A stretch of DNA of 64,000 bases, taken from contig OZ243972.1 in NCBI GenBank assembly GCA_965214705.1, positions 416,001-480,000 on the forward strand, in the 5' to 3' direction. A program made the translations under genes and the position numbers. The notes under the pieces are model-generated. The model did not search any database. It had not been told where the DNA came from and saw nothing but the letters and a program-made list of their open reading frames with translations. The stretch is from Alphaproteobacteria bacterium (GTDB lineage Bacteria; Pseudomonadota; Alphaproteobacteria; UBA828). Below are positions 1-10,799 of the stretch, in pieces. Each line of letters opens with the position of its first letter. Position 1 is the stretch's first letter.

Positions 1-2
1 CC

Positions 3-3000
3 GAGGGGATATCTCATGACCGCAGCCTCTCCCGGCAGGATCGCGCGCAGGACAGGCGCCAGTCGCGAGAGACCCACAAGGGCCGGCCCTATGTAAGGAC
101 GGAACAGGAGCTGCGGCCCGACCACCAGGGCCTCAGCCCCCGCGAGATCGTCTGGCGGGCGGTGGAGCATCTTGCTGAGCGCGCGTCGGTGCTGCGGGAG
201 AGCGATATCCGGGCGATCGCGCTGAGCCATGCGCCTGGCCGGCACGAGCTCGGCGAGATCGACGCGGCGGTGACGGGGCTGCTGGCTGACGGCCACCTGG
301 TGGAGGCCAGGGTGCGGAGCGGCCGCTCCTTCGTGACGGGCGAGGCGCTGCGGTCCGAGCGCGAGATCGTGGTCCGCATGCGCGATGGCGTAGGTGCTGG
401 GGACGCGCTGGCGGAGGAAGCGCGCGTATCGCATCGAATGGAACAGACCACCCTCACCGAGGGTCAGAGGGAGGCGGTGCGCACGATCCTGCTGTCGCGC
501 GACCGGTTCGTGGCGGTGCAGGGCGCGGCGGGGACGGGCAAGACGACGATGCTGCGCGAGGCGCTGGACCTTATCGGCGAGCGCAAGGCGATCCTGCTGG
601 CGCCGTCGGCGGCGGCGGCGCGGGTGCTGGCGGACGAGACCGGCGCCAGGGCGCGCACGCTGCAATGGTTCCTGACGCGCTACGGCGACATCGGCAATGC
701 GCAGAAGATGGCCAGTGCAAGGCGCGAGCACGAGGGCTCGGTGCTGGTGCTGGACGAGTCGTCGATGACGTCGACGGCGCAGATGGAGCTGTTGATGCGG
801 ATCTCGGAGCGCCTGCGGGTCGCCCGGCTGGTGCTGGTCGGCGACCGCGGCCAGCTGCGCGCGGCCGGCGCGGGCGAGCCCTTCCGCGCCCTGCAGGATG
901 CGGGCATCGCGATGGCGGAGATGGACGAGATCCTGCGCCAGCGCGATCCGGGCCTCAAACGCGCCGTGGAGGCCCTGCAGCAGGGCCTGCCGGCGGAGGC
1001 GGCGCGGGAACTCGAAGTGCGCGAGGTGGCACACGAGGAGCTGGGGGCGGAGGCGGCCCGGCTCTGGCTCGCGCTCGACGGGGAGCAGCGCGAAGGAACG
1101 GCGATCCTCGCGCCCACCCACTTCCTCCGCGCCGAGATCCACCGCGTGGTGCGCGAGGGGCTCGCCCGGGAGGGGGTCTTGCACGGCCGCGAGATCGAGT
1201 TCGAGCGCTACGTGAACCGTCACCTGACGGCGGCCCAGAGGGCGGACGTGCGCAACCACGAGCCGGGCGACGTGGTGATCTTCCACTCGCGGGTGCCGCC
1301 GCTCAGGGTGGACGATGGGGACGCCTGCCGGATCGCCCGCGCCGAAGGCGGGCTGGTCTTCCTCGAGCACCCCTCGGGGCGCACGGTCCACATCCGGCCG
1401 GACGACCACTGGGTGCGCTACCGCTTCGGGATCTACGAGACGGCGCGCATCCACATCCGGGCGGGCGACCGTGTCCGCTGGACCAGGAACGACAAGCGGC
1501 ACGGGCTCGTCAACGGCGGGGAGGCGGTGGTGCTGGGGATCGACTCCCGCCGGGTGAAGTTCGACCTCGGCGGCGGAACGCGGCTGTCGCTTTCCCGCGA
1601 CGACCCGCAGCTTCGCCATATCGACCACGCCTGGAGCACGACGGTGCACGGGGCGCAGGGCATGACGCGGGATGCGGCGATCGGCGTGCTGGATACCGGG
1701 CACGGCCGTCTGACCGGCCAGGCGGGTCTCTACGTGGAGGCGAGCCGGGCGCGGGACCGCTTCGTGCTGGTGACCGACAACCGGGAGAGCCTGGAGGAGG
1801 CGCTGGAGGAGAACGCGGGTATCCGCATGACGGCGCTGGAGGCCGTGGGGGACGACGATGCGCCCCCCGGCCCGGCTGATGCAACCATCGGGATGCTGCG
1901 CGAGCTGAGGGACGACTGGCGTGCCCTCGTGGCGCGGGCCGCGGCCGAGCGTACCGCGCTCGACCGGATTGACGGCTACGCCCGGATCGTGACCGGCGTA
2001 CATGCCCTTGCTGCCGAAACGGATCTGCCGCCGGAGATGCAGGGCTTCGTCGACGAGGTGCGTGAGCGGGACGCCGGGATCGTGGAACGGCGGCGCGACG
2101 CGCTGGCCTTCGTGCACGAGGCGGAGATGCACTGCCGCCGGCAGCCTCTCCTCAAGTGGGCGGCGGAGGAGCGCGGCGTGGCGGTATCCGCGCTGCCGGA
2201 GCATGCGGCGTGGCGGGCCGAGGGCGCGGCGCTGGAGGAGACCGGTAGGCGGATGCAGGAGACCCCCGGCTTCATCGGGCGGATCGCGGCCGCTCTGGGG
2301 CGGATCGCGCAGGGCTTCCGGCTCGACGAGGGAGAACGGTTTTGCGAAGCGGTCGCCCGCCATGAGGCGGAGGCGCAGAGACTGGGGATCGACCCCGGCG
2401 GGATGGCGGGGGCGGCGGGGCTCGTGCAACGGGCGGAGGCGCTGGGGCGCCACGAGCTCCCCGAAGCCGTGCGCCGGACGGTCGCGGCGTGGGTCCCGAT
2501 CACCGAGCCGTCTTCTCGGGAAACGGTGCAACGACTCACTCCGGATGACCTTGAGGCCGGCCGCCGCATCGAGGCGTTCATGCGCGACTGCCGGCAGTGC
2601 CTGGAGGCAGCCGTGCCTGCGGCGCAGGAACTGGACCCGCGGATCGACGCGGCTGAACAACTTCGCCGCGAGGGACTTCGGCTGCTCGGCGAGGGCGAGG
2701 GAGCGAAGCTCGACGATCCGGCGCGTGCGCGCCTGTCCCGCGCGGCCGACGAACGGATGAGGGTGCGCGATGCCGTGGACGCGCTGGGGGCGGAAGTTCA
2801 AGGGCTCCGTTCGCGGGCGTTCATGGAACTCAGCGGGACCGTCACCCGGCAGGGCCTTGAGGCGCGCTGCGATCCGGTCGACTTGCCGGCATGGGGGAAC
2901 TTGCGGGATCGCGCCGAGGCGCTCCGGGGCGAAGCGGGCCTCGCGCCGGACGCGCGGGAGGCGGTCGATGCGGTGCTTGCCCGTTCTGCCCGCGTGGAGG

Positions 3001-4295
3001 CCGAGATCGCCCCCGTCAACGCGTTCCTCGAAGAGGGTACCCGGCACCTGGATCGGCGCGCGGCGCTGGACGAAGGGCGCGGCATCGTCGAGCCTCCATC
3101 CCCGGATGCGGTCCCGGTCTGGCGGGAACGCTCGCGGGAGCTTCGCGAGACCGCCCTGAGCCTTCTGGGAGAGTCGCCCGCCGACAACCGGCAGACACAG
3201 GCGGCGGCCCGGCTTGCCGACATGCCGCGGCTTCAGGCCAGCGTCCGGGAGGTGCTGGACCGGCTGGAGACCGTGGAGCTGGGCGACGAGGTCGCGGACT
3301 TCCGCAAGCTCGCGGCCACGGTCGAGGGGCGGGCCAGGCGGCAGGAAACGCTGCCGCTCCACGCCGAGGGCTACGGCCAGGTGACCGCGATGGCGCAATC
3401 CCTCTCCAGCAACGCGGTCTTGCCGGAAGCAGAACGCCATCAGGCGGCGGCGTGGCTCGACCGCGACCGGGACTGGAACGAGGAGCTCGCCGCGGCGCGG
3501 AAACTCACCGCGACGCAAGAGCAGGATGTCGACACGGCGGGCCTTGCCGAGGCCCTCCGCCAGGCCGCGCACCTGCCCGCCGCGAGGTCGGCCATCAGGC
3601 AGGAAACCGCCCTGCTCGCACGCTCGACGGCGCCGGAGCGGTGGACGGCGTGGACCGGCGACGCGCCGCTGGTCGCGGGCGACCGTATCGCCTGGCGCGC
3701 GCGCGGCACGGTGCACCAGGGGGCGGTGGCGTTCCCGGGGGAGACAGGCGGCGTGCGCGCGAGCGACACGCTGCTGGTGAAAATCGTGCAGCCGGCAGAC
3801 GGCTCCGTTCTCGAAGACGCGGGCCAGATTGTAGAGATCCATGCTCAGGCCCTGCGGGACGTCAGATGCGTCCGCGCCGCGTGGTCCGACGAGGGGCTCA
3901 GGCAGCTGGAAGCCGCCCGGCAGTACTCGGTGCCCAGCGCCGCCTGCCGGCTCGCCTGTCCCGAGCCTGTCGCGGGCGACCGCATCGCCTGGACCGAGGC
4001 TGTCGGCCGGAACGAAGCGGTGCGGACGGTCGAGGCCGTGGTCGCCACACGGACCGAAGTCTCCGACGAGCACGAGTTGGGGCTGCGGGTGATCCACGCC
4101 TCAGGTCCCGACGCGCCGGAGCCCGGCGCCTCGATCCGGCGCACCGCAGACGAGGTCACCGCGCGCGGCTGCTACCGCGCCGCGTGGTCCGACGAGACCC
4201 GGCGCGAGGCCGAACTCGACCCGCAGAAGGAGGTGCGGGAGCAGACCCTGAAACAGGGCCTCGAGCACTCCCGCGGCGGGGGGATCGGCATGTGA
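3..4295 (+). CDS. MOBF (TrwC/TraI/TraA-like) relaxase-helicase, 5' end outside window
   Basis: Frame is open from position 3. SF1 helicase motifs: VQGAAGTGKTT (Walker A), VLDESSM, VGDRGQL, HAWSTTVHGAQGMT, YVEASRARD. Ends ...HSRGGGIGM, like relaxase tails. The HUH relaxase domain is not in the window. Confidence 0.85.
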   Translation, partial: EGISHDRSLSRQDRAQDRRQSRETHKGRPYVRTEQELRPDHQGLSPREIVWRAVEHLAERASVLRESDIRAIALSHAPGRHELGEIDAAVTGLLADGHLVEARVRSGRSFVTGEALRSEREIVVRMRDGVGAGDALAEEARVSHRMEQTTLTEGQREAVRTILLSRDRFVAVQGAAGTGKTTMLREALDLIGERKAILLAPSAAAARVLADETGARARTLQWFLTRYGDIGNAQKMASARREHEGSVLVLDESSMTSTAQMELLMRISERLRVARLVLVGDRGQLRAAGAGEPFRALQDAGIAMAEMDEILRQRDPGLKRAVEALQQGLPAEAARELEVREVAHEELGAEAARLWLALDGEQREGTAILAPTHFLRAEIHRVVREGLAREGVLHGREIEFERYVNRHLTAAQRADVRNHEPGDVVIFHSRVPPLRVDDGDACRIARAEGGLVFLEHPSGRTVHIRPDDHWVRYRFGIYETARIHIRAGDRVRWTRNDKRHGLVNGGEAVVLGIDSRRVKFDLGGGTRLSLSRDDPQLRHIDHAWSTTVHGAQGMTRDAAIGVLDTGHGRLTGQAGLYVEASRARDRFVLVTDNRESLEEALEENAGIRMTALEAVGDDDAPPGPADATIGMLRELRDDWRALVARAAAERTALDRIDGYARIVTGVHALAAETDLPPEMQGFVDEVRERDAGIVERRRDALAFVHEAEMHCRRQPLLKWAAEERGVAVSALPEHAAWRAEGAALEETGRRMQETPGFIGRIAAALGRIAQGFRLDEGERFCEAVARHEAEAQRLGIDPGGMAGAAGLVQRAEALGRHELPEAVRRTVAAWVPITEPSSRETVQRLTPDDLEAGRRIEAFMRDCRQCLEAAVPAAQELDPRIDAAEQLRREGLRLLGEGEGAKLDDPARARLSRAADERMRVRDAVDALGAEVQGLRSRAFMELSGTVTRQGLEARCDPVDLPAWGNLRDRAEALRGEAGLAPDAREAVDAVLARSARVEAEIAPVNAFLEEGTRHLDRRAALDEGRGIVEPPSPDAVPVWRERSRELRETALSLLGESPADNRQTQAAARLADMPRLQASVREVLDRLETVELGDEVADFRKLAATVEGRARRQETLPLHAEGYGQVTAMAQSLSSNAVLPEAERHQAAAWLDRDRDWNEELAAARKLTATQEQDVDTAGLAEALRQAAHLPAARSAIRQETALLARSTAPERWTAWTGDAPLVAGDRIAWRARGTVHQGAVAFPGETGGVRASDTLLVKIVQPADGSVLEDAGQIVEIHAQALRDVRCVRAAWSDEGLRQLEAARQYSVPSAACRLACPEPVAGDRIAWTEAVGRNEAVRTVEAVVATRTEVSDEHELGLRVIHASGPDAPEPGASIRRTADEVTARGCYRAAWSDETRREAELDPQKEVREQTLKQGLEHSRGGGIGM

Positions 4296-5560
4296 GCCAG
4301 CCAAGCCTGCACCGCTGCCTCCAGAGAGAGCATGTTCGGATATCCCGTTCAAGCTGCTTGCCGGGGACGCGTCCGAGGATGATCGCAGCGTCGCTCAACC
4401 GAGCAGCGGCGGCTTGCGCGCCATCCAGTCCCGGAACTGCCGCTCGACCACCGGCCCGGCGTCCGGGCCGAACACCGCCACGAGCAGCGGCCCGAGCTCG
4501 TGCTCCCGGCTCTGCAGTACGAGGTCGTCCAACGTCGTCATGAGCAGCAGCTCGACCGACTGCCGCAGCCGTTCGATCGACCCTCCGGAGGCCGTCGACA
4601 GCATACTCTCGGCCAGGCGGTCCACACGGTCGAGCAGCCGGCGCTGTTCCGCCTCGCTCAGCGCCAGAGCCGGCGCGTTCGCCTGCGCGGGGTCTAGTGT
4701 CCTGATCCATAAGTTCGTATTACTGCATTGTTGATTGAAGCGAGGAGGCTCATTCCGTGGCGAGAACAGCGGTGGACATCATCCTGACAGATGAAGAGCG
4801 CAAGGAGCTGGATCGGCTGAGCCGGAGCCGCAAGTCGTGGCAGGCCTTGGCGCTGAGAGCGCGGATCGTGCTGGCGGCAGCGGACGGTCTGTCCAACAAG
4901 GAGATTTCGGCCCTTTTGGAGGTCACGGAGTTGACCGTCGGCAAGTGGCGCCGCCGCTTCGCCGAAGACCGCCTCGACGGTCTGCATGACGCGCCGCGTT
5001 CGGGCGCGCCCCGGCGCATCGGCGACGACGAGGTTGCCGAGGTCGTTCGCATGACGCTGGAGGAAACACCGCCCGACGCCACCCACTGGAGCCTGCGCTC
5101 GATGGCGCGCGCCACCGGTTACGGCGCCTCGACCATCCATCGCATCTGGCAGGCCTTTTCCCTGCAGCCGCACCGCAGCGAGACCTTCAAGCTGTCGGCG
5201 GACCCGTACTTCGTGGACAAGGTGCGCGACATCGTCGGCCTGTACGTGGACCCGCCGCAGCATGCCATGGTTCCCTGTGTGGACGAGAAGTCCCAGGTTC
5301 AGGCCCTCGACCGCACCCAGCCCTTGCTGCCGCTGCGGCCCGGCCAGGTTGAGCGGCGCACCCATGACTACAAGCGCAACGGCACGACCTCGTTGTTCGC
5401 CGCCCTCGACGTCGCCACCGGCGAGGTCATCGGCAAGTGTTTCCACCGTCACCGAAGCCGGGAGTTCCGCAAGTTCCTGGACCACATCGAGGCCAACGTG
5501 CCCGAGGATCTCGACATCCATATCGTCATGGACAACTACTGTAAGAGGGGCAAATCTTGG

Positions 5561-6231
5561 GAGCGCCAGGCTAACTCTGTCGTGGATAGCCGGTGAAAGT
5601 CCGGTGAAGGGAAGGACTAACGAACCACCCTTGCCTTGAGCCGTGCGTCGGCCTTCGCGAGGAGGCAGGCGAAGCGTCGGTAGAGGTGCGCGTGGGCAGG
5701 ACATTGAGCACCGAAAATGCCGTCATTCGGAGTGCCGAGGCCATCCAGAAGGTCGAAGGCAACACCGGCCGCCCGCTTTCGTGAGGGCCGGCAGGGCTCC
5801 GCGGTGTCCAAGACCCCAGGCACGCGCGTACGTCCACACAGGGGACCTGGGAGGCCTCTTCATCACCCGTGCCTCAGAGTGCGGGTCGTGACGGGAAGGG
5901 TGGATGCCCATAGCCGTCGATGTACGATGGGGAGGAATCTGACTCGGTCGTAGTACCGTTGAAACGGGGGAACAAAGGGGCGTGACAACCTTGGCGGACT
6001 TCGTGGAGGAAAGGACCGGGGCCAACGGGAGATCGGGGACCTGAAGCATGTGCCGGGCACAGAACCGGGTAAGCATGTCACAGGAGGGTCTCCGAACACG
6101 CCGCCGTGCGAGACGTCGCAAGAGCGACGAGAGTGCGCCGGACGTCTGACCGGAGGCAGGAGCCGGATGCCTTAGCGGGCACGTCCGGATCTGCGCGGGG
6201 GGCGCTGGGTAACCAGCGTCCCTACCGCGAA
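5561..6231 (+). ncRNA. ORF-less group II intron (IIB, class E-like)
   Basis: Domain V GAGCCGGATGCCTTAGCGGGCACGTCCGGATCTG (6160-6193), followed by a domain VI ending CCCTACCGCGA. Domain I motifs GGTGAAAGTCC and GAGTGCCGAG..GAAGGCAACAC. DII/III motif AATCTGACTCGGTCGTAGTACCG. No RT ORF. Confidence 0.85.
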
Positions 6232-6278
6232 GATGAAGCGGCGTGGTTCCGGCTTTGAGGTCCGGTTTGGGCAGGACC

Positions 6279-7946
6279 TCAGATGGCCTGCGGAGCGAGC
6301 ACTGGGCCAGCGGTCGGTCGCTGGCGCGCGAGGTCGGGGAGCCAGGGGACACTTTCGGCACCTGGGATGCCCAGGCGGTCACCGAGGTAGTTCCAGAATG
6401 AGATGCCGTGGCGGGCACAGGTCTTCATGTGGGTGAGGAAGGCGTCGCGGCAGGCACGGCCTTGATCCGAGCGGGTTCCGCCCGAGACCTTGCGGCGGAC
6501 GACACAGACGCGCAGGTCGTTCTCGGTACCGTTGGTGTGGGCCGGCACGTCGGGACGGTCGAGCACGGCGAGCAGCTTGTCGCGGTTGGCGAGGGTGCGC
6601 CCGATCTGCTCGTCGAGCAGGCGGTAGCCGGTGCCGGTCCGGAAGGTACGCGCGAAGCTGCGCTCGACGACGGCGCGTCTGCGCGGACTTGGCTGGCGGC
6701 AATAGGCACCGAGCAGCCGGTACGTCCGCCAGATGCCGCCGCGCACCTGATCGACGGCCGCACGGCTCGCGTCGCTCCAGACCGGCAACGTGCGATAGAG
6801 CCTCTCGGCATGGATCCAGCACAGGAACTGGTGCAGGCCGAGGTCGAACTGGCCGGCGTCGTCGCTCAGGATGGCGCTGTCCTCGCGCAGCAGGCCATGG
6901 GCGAACAGACAGCCGAGCCGGGCGCCCTCGGTGGCGAGGAGCCGGGCCCTGGGGGCGTCGATCCCGAGCCCGTCGAGGAACGCCATCCACAGGTCAGGCC
7001 CGTCAAACCGACCACCGGCATGCCCCCTCAACGCGTCAAGCGCCCGACGCGGCATGCTGTGGCTCTCCATGTGCCGGAACGCTTCATCGTTCAGCACGTA
7101 CTCGTCGAGGGCGCCGCACATCGTGTCGAGGAAGCTCAGACGGCTCTTCGACCCCGTCGTTCCGAACCAGCCGAAGCAATCGTTGCCGATCGAGATGCAA
7201 TAGCCGTTGCGCCCTTGATGGCGCGCGCCAGTGTCGTCGACCGAGATCCAGGCCGCCCCCTCAAGACCCGCCTTCAGTATCTCCGCCGCCTCGCCGACGA
7301 ACGGTTCCCTGTTCCCGGTCAGCAGGCGCCGCACCTGACGCTCCGAGATGTCGAGGCCGATCGCATCGAGCAGGGCAGTGATGCGCGGGATCGTGCTCTG
7401 GCCCTGGTGGTAGAGCATCAGCACGAAGCGATGCAGCTCCAGGTTGAAGCCGCCGATCACGCCGTCGGGCAGCTCAGCGACGATGATGCGCCCATCCGGC
7501 GTCACCACGCGCTCGCGCTGAAAAACGACGTTGTGGACTTCGAGTTCCAGCAGTTGGGCGTGATAGTCCTGGTAATCTTTGTGGACCGAGCCCTCGGGCG
7601 CGTCCTCTACGCAGACGACCACGCGCTTCGCGTCCTTGCGGCCCTGCTTGGGGCCTCGCCGCTTCTTCGAGGCGCCCGAAGAGCGCCGGCCTCCCTCCAG
7701 GCCCTTGCCGCCCGAGCCCTTGCCGTCTCCGTCGCCCGCGCCCGGTTTGATATCCGGCTTGCCGGGCAACCTCTTGAGTTGGCGGATCTCGGCCTTGAGC
7801 ATCTCGATCGTCTCGGTGTGCACTGCGACCGTCTCCTTGAGACGCTCGTTCTCGGCACGCAGCTCAAGGATCGTTTCCGCCTGCGCGGCGTTCGTCGCCC
7901 GCAGTTCCTCGATCAACCGAGCCTGGGTTTGAAGCGAATCGACCAT
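6279..7946 (-). CDS. IS66-family transposase (TnpC-like)
   Basis: N-terminal coiled coil, SVDDTGARH, LSDDAGQF, LCWIHAER, HTNGTENDLRVCVVRRKVSGGTRS. Confidence 0.9.
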   Translation of the reverse strand: MVDSLQTQARLIEELRATNAAQAETILELRAENERLKETVAVHTETIEMLKAEIRQLKRLPGKPDIKPGAGDGDGKGSGGKGLEGGRRSSGASKKRRGPKQGRKDAKRVVVCVEDAPEGSVHKDYQDYHAQLLELEVHNVVFQRERVVTPDGRIIVAELPDGVIGGFNLELHRFVLMLYHQGQSTIPRITALLDAIGLDISERQVRRLLTGNREPFVGEAAEILKAGLEGAAWISVDDTGARHQGRNGYCISIGNDCFGWFGTTGSKSRLSFLDTMCGALDEYVLNDEAFRHMESHSMPRRALDALRGHAGGRFDGPDLWMAFLDGLGIDAPRARLLATEGARLGCLFAHGLLREDSAILSDDAGQFDLGLHQFLCWIHAERLYRTLPVWSDASRAAVDQVRGGIWRTYRLLGAYCRQPSPRRRAVVERSFARTFRTGTGYRLLDEQIGRTLANRDKLLAVLDRPDVPAHTNGTENDLRVCVVRRKVSGGTRSDQGRACRDAFLTHMKTCARHGISFWNYLGDRLGIPGAESVPWLPDLARQRPTAGPVLAPQAI

Positions 7947-8196
7947 GGACCCTCCGCGCGCAGGCTGTCCATAAAGCGCGCGAAGTCCAGCGAAAAATGC
8001 GCGCTCAACCCCCTGATCCGGATCGGCAACGCGGTCGCGTCACATGGCCGGGCCCATGGCCGCTGCACCCGGAACTGGAAGCGCGATGGCCAGGAAACGC
8101 TGAAGGTGGCCCGATGCCATCACCAAGGACTACCGTCAGCGCCGGGCGTAACAAACAGGTACCCCCAAGCGACATCACACCAGTTGCGCGCGCTCA

Positions 8197-8485
8197 CCAA
8201 GTCCCCTGTGTGGACGTACGCGCTCACCTGGGGTCTCGGACACCGCGGAGCCCCGCCGCCCTCACGAAAACGGGCGGCCGGTGTTGCCTTCGACCTTCTG
8301 GATGGCCTCGGCACTCCGAATGACGGCATGTTCGGTGCTCGATGTCCTGCCCACGCGCACCTCTACCGACGCTTCGCCTGCCTCCTCGCGAAGGCCGACG
8401 CACGGCTCAAGGCAAGGATGGGTCGTCAGTCCTTCCCTTCACCGGATTTTCACCGGCTGTCCACGACAAAGTTAGGCTGGCGCTC
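8197..8485 (-). ncRNA. Truncated group II intron fragment (domain I only), inverted copy of 5561-~5850
   Basis: Reverse complement starts GAGCGCCAGCCTAAC and matches the left-end intron with scattered substitutions up to ...CACACAGGGGACTTGG. Confidence 0.8.
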
Positions 8486-9536
8486 CCAGGATTTGCCCCT
8501 CTTACCAACTACTCGACGCACAAGACAAAGGAAGTCCGCGCCTGGTTCGCCAAGCGGCCTCGCTGGCATGTCCACTTCACGCCGACCTCGGCGTCGTGGC
8601 TCAACCAGGTGGAGCGGTTCTTCTCCGATCTGACGGAGAAGCAGATCCGTCGCGGGGTTCACCGCTCGACCGTCGAGTTGGAGCAGGCGATCACCGCGTA
8701 CATCGAGGCCGTCAACGAGGACCCCAAGCCGTTCCGCTGGCACAAGTCAGCCGACGAAATCCTGGCTTCCATCAAGCGCTTCTGCCTGAGAACCCTCGAA
8801 CTCGCGCCAGCTCAATCATAGCTATGCGAACTTCGGAATCAGGACACTAGTGTCGTGTCCCACAGATACGCGTAGTATAATGATGACCTCTCAAGCGCCA
8901 GGAGGTCGTCATGCCGCGCGGACGCCAACTCCCGCCACTGGTTCTCGCTGCCGATCAACGGGATCAGTTGGTGACCCTTTCGCAATCGACCTCGATGCCG
9001 CACGGCCTTGTGCAGAGGGCCCGCATGATCCTGGCCTGTGCGGAGGGCCTGACCAACACCGCCGTGGCCGAGCGGCTGGATGTCTCGCTGTCGGCGGTCG
9101 GCAAATGGCGGCGCCGGTTCCTGGAGCAGGGGGTTCAGGGGCTACATGACGAACTTCGCCCGGGACGTCCCCGCAGCTATGGCGACGAGAAGGTGGCCGG
9201 ACTGATCAACCGCGCCCTGCAGAAGAAGCCGGACAACGCCGACGCCTGGAGCGTCCGCCTGATGGCGGAAGCCGAGGGTGTGTCAAAGAGCACCGTGCAA
9301 CGCTGGTTCTCGCTGTTCGGGGTCAAGCCGCACCGGAGCGACACCTTCAAGCTGTCCAGCGATCCGTTCTTGCCGTGAAACAGATTCCGGCGAGGCACGC
9401 GTGGTGACGGTCCAACCCGCGAGTTGTGCGGAGTTGGCTGAGATCGCCGGCGTCGGCGCGGCAGTGACGAGCGGTGGACTTCCCCGATGTGGCCCGAAGC
9501 CGGTCCCGCGTAGCCGACAGGCGTGATGCAGGCTGC

Positions 9537-10787
9537 TCAGGCGACCTTGAGTTCCGCGTCCACGGGCTCGATGTAGCCGTAGCGGCGGAGCATGCGGATC
9601 CACCGAGGGGCGTTGCGCTTGACCATCAGCGCGTCGTAGTCGGCCGTGCGGTCGTAGTAGGGCCTGCCGGTCTTGAGGACGACATAGATGATGCGCAGCA
9701 TCTTGTGTGCGCCGGCGACGATGGCGCGCTTGTAGCCGCGCCGGGCGGCGAGGGCGCGGTGGTGAGCCTCGAACTGGCACCCCTTGGTTCGGGCCGCGCC
9801 GTGGGCACACTCGACGAGGCAGGCGCGCAGGGTCTTGGAACCCATGCGGGTGCGCGCGTTGCGGCGCTTGCCGCCACTTTCGTTGTTGCCGGGGCAGAGG
9901 CCGGCCCAGGCGGCGAAGTGCTCCTTGGAGGCGAACGCCTCGATATCGGGGCCGATCTCGATCAGGATCGTGGACGCGGCGATGCGGTCGATGCCGGGGA
10001 TGGTGGTCAGCAGGCGGAGCTGCTCCTCCCACGGGGTCATCTGCCCGTCGATCTTCTTGGTGTAGGACGCGATGCGCGCCTCGAGTGCGTCGTGCTCCTC
10101 CAGAAGATCGTTGAGCATGAAGCGATCGTTGTCGCCCAGGCTCAGGGAGAGCGCCTCGCCGAGCCCCTCCAGCTTGTTCGCGACGTGGCGGGTGAGGGAG
10201 GCGAGGATGACCTCCCGCTCCGTGCCTTGAGCCAGGCCGTCGAGGATCTTGCGGCCGTTGACGCCGAAGACATCGGAGATGATGCCGCCGATGCGCGCAC
10301 CGGCACGGTCGATGATCTTCTGCACACGGTTGCGAACGGTGGAGCGCTGCCTGACCAGGACGCGGCGCTGGCGGCTCAGAGCGCGCAGCTCCCGGAACGG
10401 CTCAGGCGGAACATGGGACGGCGTGCAGAGCCCGAACTGGCACACACAGGCCAGCCACACGCTGTCGGCCACATCGGTCTTGCGCCCCTTCAACTGCTTC
10501 ACCTGGCGCGCGTGCACCAGGATCGCCTCGATCCCGGCCGCCTCCAGGGCCGCGAAGGGCGCCTGCCAGTAGACCCCGGTCCCCTCCATGACCGCAGCCT
10601 CGACGCCGTGAGCGGTCAGCCATGCGACCATCTCCTCCAGACCGCTCGGCAGCGTGCTGAAGCAGCGCGTCTCCACCACCGGCTCGCCCTCGCCCTCGCA
10701 GAGGCGAACCGTCGCGGTGATCTCCATCTTGTGCACGTCCAGACCCGCCGCGCGCGGCCGGACGACGTGCAAGCCTTCCGTCTTCAT
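9537..10787 (-). CDS. IS110-family recombinase (DEDD RuvC + Tnp20 domain)
   Basis: [45 protein letters not shown]. Start at MKTEG with RBS GAGGAGGAAGG. Confidence 0.92.
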   Translation of the reverse strand: MKTEGLHVVRPRAAGLDVHKMEITATVRLCEGEGEPVVETRCFSTLPSGLEEMVAWLTAHGVEAAVMEGTGVYWQAPFAALEAAGIEAILVHARQVKQLKGRKTDVADSVWLACVCQFGLCTPSHVPPEPFRELRALSRQRRVLVRQRSTVRNRVQKIIDRAGARIGGIISDVFGVNGRKILDGLAQGTEREVILASLTRHVANKLEGLGEALSLSLGDNDRFMLNDLLEEHDALEARIASYTKKIDGQMTPWEEQLRLLTTIPGIDRIAASTILIEIGPDIEAFASKEHFAAWAGLCPGNNESGGKRRNARTRMGSKTLRACLVECAHGAARTKGCQFEAHHRALAARRGYKRAIVAGAHKMLRIIYVVLKTGRPYYDRTADYDALMVKRNAPRWIRMLRRYGYIEPVDAELKVA

Positions 10788-10799
10788 CGCCTTCCTCCT

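Larger units (their letters stand above)
5541..8505 (-). mobile_element. IS66-family (single-ORF, ISBst12-like) element with group II intron sequence in both ends
   Basis: Ends GTAAGAGGGGCAAATC..GATTTGCCCCTCTTAC. 8-bp target duplication CAACTACT at 5533-5540 and 8506-8513. Confidence 0.9.
4757..8821 (+). pseudogene. IS630 transposase, split at DNY (4757-5540 + 8514-8821)
   Basis: HTH N-terminus, [22 protein letters not shown]|STHK..., [15 protein letters not shown]. Confidence 0.9.
4697..8847 (+). mobile_element. IS630-family element #1 (interrupted by the IS66-like element)
   Basis: Inverted ends GTGTCCTGATCC..AAGTTCGTAT and ATGCGAACTT..AATCAGGACAC. TA duplication within CTAG at 4694-4697 and 8847-8850. 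Confidence 0.9.

Noticed and set aside
5541-8505. True IStron (whole element spliced out to restore the host gene)
   Set aside because: Intron domain VI ends at ~6231 and the intron starts 20 nt inside the tip, so canonical splicing would not remove the IS.
6408-8633. 741-aa plus-strand ORF as a possible intron-encoded RT
   Set aside because: Antisense to the IS66 transposase, outside intron domain IV, and has no YADD or other RT motifs.
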